DNA of 64,000 nucleotides from Entomortierella parvispora E1425 (Eukaryota; Fungi; Mortierellomycota): NCBI GenBank assembly GCA_020891255.1, contig BQFW01000015.1, positions 124,001 to 188,000 of the forward strand, read 5' to 3'. Shown piece by piece: positions 60,148 to 64,000 of this stretch (position 1 is its first letter; each line of letters starts with the position of its first letter). The notes under the pieces were generated by a model. It saw only the letters and a program-made list of their open reading frames with translations, ran no database searches and was not told where the DNA came from. The position numbers and the translations under genes were made by a program.

Positions 60148-60442
60148 CCCGTTCTTGTTTCTTTTTGTTTGTTCAACGCTACCCCTTCAAGGAGCTCCTT
60201 CTTCCTCGGTCTTTTTCTCCGTTCGCTGGATGTCTATTTCGTATCGAGCCATCAAAGTTCTTGCTGGTCCACACATGAAGATCTAGAAGCTGAAAGAAAC
60301 CCAAGACTCTTTCACCCACCCACTCTATCACTGACCCTCTCTTCTCATCCGGGAATAAATCCTCATTCTTGAAATCCTACTAACAGTGTTCTCAACTGGT
60401 CCGGGTGAGTGGTGTATTTATTGTAAGGAAATGGGCTGTATT

Positions 60443-61615
60443 TTACAACTCCTTCAATAAGTTCTCGGCCAAGGAAACAGAGAGACCAGTGTTGTTGGGC
60501 TATTCAAGACGAAGGAAGATGACAGATTGAAAGTATTAGCGATATGTGAAGCAGCCAAGTCATTCAAGTACGAGAGAAACAGCCGCTTACCTCGACAAAG
60601 GCCTTGGTAATCTTGCCGTTCTATGGTAGGAAGTGTTAAATGATAAGGATGCATGATTAGCACTTGTTATCCATCGCAGTGCTGTGATATCTCCAAGTGA
60701 AAGTCAGCTTGAGCCAGAAGTATACCTCCAAAACCAGGGCGAAGCGCTTGGAGCGGATTCCACCAAGAGCAGCTAAGAAAGACAGATAAAAAAATAAACC
60801 ATGATCAGCAGTTGGCTCGCTATCCCATGTAACTCCATATCAGATGTTGCGTCCCAGTCTTCCTACCAGAGGCGTCAAAGTCGAGACCGAGCTCCTTGAC
60901 AAAGTTGCCCTGGGGATCGGCCAACATGGTGATCTTGTCCTCAACCTTGAGATCCTTGCCCCAGGCATCCATGACGAACGCGTCGTTGACAGCAACGCAT
61001 CCAATCTTCTCAACGCCCTTTCCCTTGAGCTCCTCAAAGTGCTTGAGGTAGCCGGGGACGTGGCTCTATTTTGGAAATGCAAAAAAACAAAACAAAAAAA
61101 AGACGGAAATTATTCGTAAAGGAGCTTGTCCACGCTCTCTTGTCCACAGCCCACCTCTGCATTCATACCTTTGAGCATCCTATTTCCAAGAAAAGGAGAG
61201 AGAAAAATTGTGTCAGGACGCGCTTCAATTCTATTCATCATGGTATTAATCGATCGGGCAAATGCTCATGGTCCAGAGAGATCCGGGATATTACCAGGGG
61301 TGAAAGCACCGGGAACACCGATGAGGACGGCCTTCTTGGCGGATCCAAAGAACTCTGCGGGCTTGACAGTGTCAGCAGGGCTGGAGCGGTGGAGGACCGC
61401 GGCCGAGTTGAAGGACTTGGAGACCAAGTTTTGGGACTATGGGTCATAGCAATTTTTTTTTTTTTTTTTTTTTTTTTTGTTGGGTGGAGCAACACGTTCT
61501 TGGTATCAGTTATTGCGGATCGACGAGCAAGGAGTCTTCACAATACAACCCGCGTTAAGGCAAAAGAAGAGAAAAGAAGTCCACGTACAAACAAGACACG
61601 AGTGGCGCTGAGCAT
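60443..61615 (-). CDS. PRX5/type II (Ahp1-like) peroxiredoxin, probable 1-Cys form
   Basis: Seven exons. VPGAFTP|GCSK|SHVPGY, VNDAFVM, RSKRFALVLE, ends TGLSVSLAENLLKEL*. The N-terminus resembles a mitochondrial presequence. Confidence 0.9.
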
Positions 61616-62089
61616 GATGGAATGAAAGGGATGGGAAGATGGAGTGAATGTGGATGGGGAGAGTTCAAATGTTGCGTGTGCATTCTCGCGCCAGAAAACG
61701 AGGGTTGGGACGAGACCTTTGATCTGGGAGTGGACCCTTAATTGATCGGAGTGGGGAGAGAACCCTGGCAAAAGGAAAGAGGGGGGCAGGTGGATATGAG
61801 AAGATCTCTCGCTTTGTGCACCGTGGAGACGGGGCCTCGTCACCCTTGGCGGAGTGGGGCATGGCCCAGCTGCAGACGGATACCCCTGCTGCCTGCAGGA
61901 AGGAGCGGTGTCCAGCAGAGAGAGAGAGAGAAGAGAGAGAAAAGATGAAAAGAAAAGAAACACACGCAGCACAGACACAGACACAGACAGTCAGTCAGTA
62001 GCGCAACTGCACACCCCACGACAAGCTTTCAGCACTGCACACTGGCTCGCTTTCGGCCAATTTTTTTTTTCTCTCTTTTTTCAGGCTCC

Positions 62090-62170
62090 TCTCACACAAC
62101 CTCTCACAACCTCTCACACCCTCTCACACCCTCTCACACCCTCTCACACCCTCTCACACCCTCTCACGCC
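62090..62170 (+). repeat. 10-bp minisatellite (CCTCTCACAC)n
   Basis: About 7-8 near-perfect tandem units are visible between the peroxiredoxin and transporter starts. Confidence 0.85.
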
Positions 62171-62416
62171 TCCCACTCACTCGTCCACCTGTCCCAGTCC
62201 GTCCGTCTCTCCTTCTCTCCACACTTGGCCCATCCATCACATCATCTTCATCTATCCATCCATCCATCCATCCATCCTTCACCAGAGCTTGCAGTCCTCC
62301 ACTACTGCAATCCACAACCACTCCCCTAGCCTGCCTCCCCCGCCACACAGACCCCGAAACTGCTGATCTCACAAGACCTGTCCCCTTCCCCCGACAAGAC
62401 GGGATAGAAGATTGAA

Positions 62417-64000
62417 ATGTCCTCCTCCCAACAAGCATCATCCCAGGCTGGCGCCCCGTCCTCCGCCCCCGGTGCTGCTGCTGCTGGCACTGTTCAGGAC
62501 AGTAACCTCCATATTGGCCTCAATCCCATGCTGCAGCATCGGCCCCATACCCCGCTACGCTCATCCTTCCAGCTCTCATCGGATCATCCCTCGGATCCCG
62601 TCTCATCCTCTGCCTCCTCCTCGTCTTCGTCGCTCCTCAATACCTCCTCAAACTCTGGACCAACGCTAAGCACAGGAGCGACCTCTATCGGCATTGGAAA
62701 CACTGGAAGCCCTCTCTCGTCATTATCCAATAGCTCATCAGGAAGCGGGCTTGGCAGTGGAGGAGTCACCTTTGAGTCTCTCTCGACCGCCCCCACGCCA
62801 TCGCTTCTCAAGTCCTTCTCGACAAAGAAAGGCCGGAGGAGCTTTATGGACAATGAGAAATACGTTGGATCGCTGCCAACGATACATCACCAGAACGGTC
62901 GTGGAAGACGTAAGTTTAGCCAGGAAGGGAAAACAAGGCTCTCGAACGACGCTTGTTGTTTTTGTGTTTGCATACAACAGGGAGTGCCAAAACGGCAGCA
63001 TGAGTGGACAGATCCCCTGCCTCTTGCCTGGAAACAGTTGCAAAATATATCCGTGCGTGTGCGTGAGAGCGAAAGTGCCGTGTGTCCCCCCTACCCATCC
63101 TCCTCCTCCTTCTCTCCTGCGGCAGAAGAAAAAAGGACTGTCGTCTGCCAACCTGCCGTTGTCAGTTCATTTAGTGCTTGTGCGTGGGATCGAGTAGTAA
63201 AAGGGGGCGTCTTATGTCGTCAAGGATGGATGCACGATCGCTAGCCCATGGAAACTGGAGACAGACTAAAAGACTAAAAGAGACAGCCTCGCATTGGCTT
63301 GTTGAAGAGCTAGCTAGCCCCTCCTGATGAGCGACAGACCAACAGAACGGACAGTGAAAAAAACAGTTCAGGATCAACCGCTAGCTGACGACGGACGGGA
63401 CGGCAGGGAGACTAAGAAAAGCATGGCGAGAAAAGCGAGATCAGGCTCTAACTCTCTTTCTTGCGTCCTTTCTTTTGATGAATACCACAACAGATGAAGG
63501 AGCGACTTTTCTTGGCGTGTCTTTGAAGCATTTGTCTTTGCTGGTACTTCTCCTGCAGAACAGTGTCCTGGTGTTGATGATGCGGTACTCGCGCGTGTCT
63601 GTGGATCCGGATCAGCCCATGTACTTGGCCTCAACTGCAGTCTTTCTGGCCGAAATCATCAAGCTCTTCACTTGCTTCTGGATTCTTGTCTACAGGAATG
63701 GATCCATTGGTCGTGCCCTTTACATTATCCGGACAGAGATCATTCAACAGCCTCAGGAAATTCTCAAGATGCTTGTGCCCTCGAGTCTCTATGCCCTCCA
63801 GAACAACCTACTCTATATTGCACTCTCCAACCTGGAGGCAGCGACCTTCCAGGTCACATACCAGCTCAAGATCCTATCAACCGCCATCTTTTCCGTCGTG
63901 ATGTTGAACAAGCGGTTGACGAAACAAAAATGGCTGTCGTTGTGTCTGTTGATGCTGGGCGTCACTTTGGTACAGCTGCAGAACGTTGGAACACCCAAGA
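62417..64000 (+). CDS. UDP-galactose / nucleotide-sugar transporter (SLC35A family), runs off the window end
   Basis: Ser-rich exon 1 (to 62910), a long intron, then LKHLSLLVLLLQNSVLVLMMRYSR, STAVFLAEIIK, VPSSLYALQNNL, AATFQVTYQLKILSTAIFS. Confidence 0.92.

Noticed and set aside
63320-63395. TGATGA...CTGA in the transporter intron with CAGGATCAACC complementary to the 18S rRNA 5' end (possible C/D snoRNA)
   Set aside because: The C box is imperfect, there is no terminal stem, the +5 rule points to a G:U pair at a site I do not know to be methylated, and 11-nt rRNA matches are expected by chance.
563-63998. Most short ORFs in the six-frame track, especially those antisense to citrate synthase, DNA2, MTR10 and the kinases
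   Set aside because: These are shadows of codon bias on the opposite strand or low-complexity CT/GA-rich sequence.

Overview
Intron-rich fungal genomic DNA, most likely an early-diverging Mortierellaceae-type fungus (inferred from gene content and intron style, not verified). Housekeeping genes flank the window: DUF1769, DNA2, a SAM methyltransferase, MTR10/transportin-SR, a paraoxonase-like lactonase, citrate synthase, an FHA kinase of Mek1/Chk2 type, SER3/33, U6 snRNA, an HFD1-like ALDH, eL41, SERF, a PRX5-type peroxiredoxin and a UDP-galactose transporter. There are two accessory regions. (1) 2.6-7.8 kb: a birth-and-death cluster of secreted ML (MD-2/NPC2-like) lipid-binding genes. (2) 30.2-51.0 kb: a tandem array of CaMKK/Ssp1-like kinase genes (5 intact, 2 pseudogenes, 2 tail fragments). 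Every copy has Arg instead of the invariant beta3 (VAIK) Lys, and the six copies retaining exon 1 carry an N-terminal coiled-coil segment. Interleaved with them are three copies of a secreted 8-Cys WAP-like peptide gene and a class II hydrophobin-like gene. This array is the best candidate for an undescribed system. All exon structures were assembled by eye.
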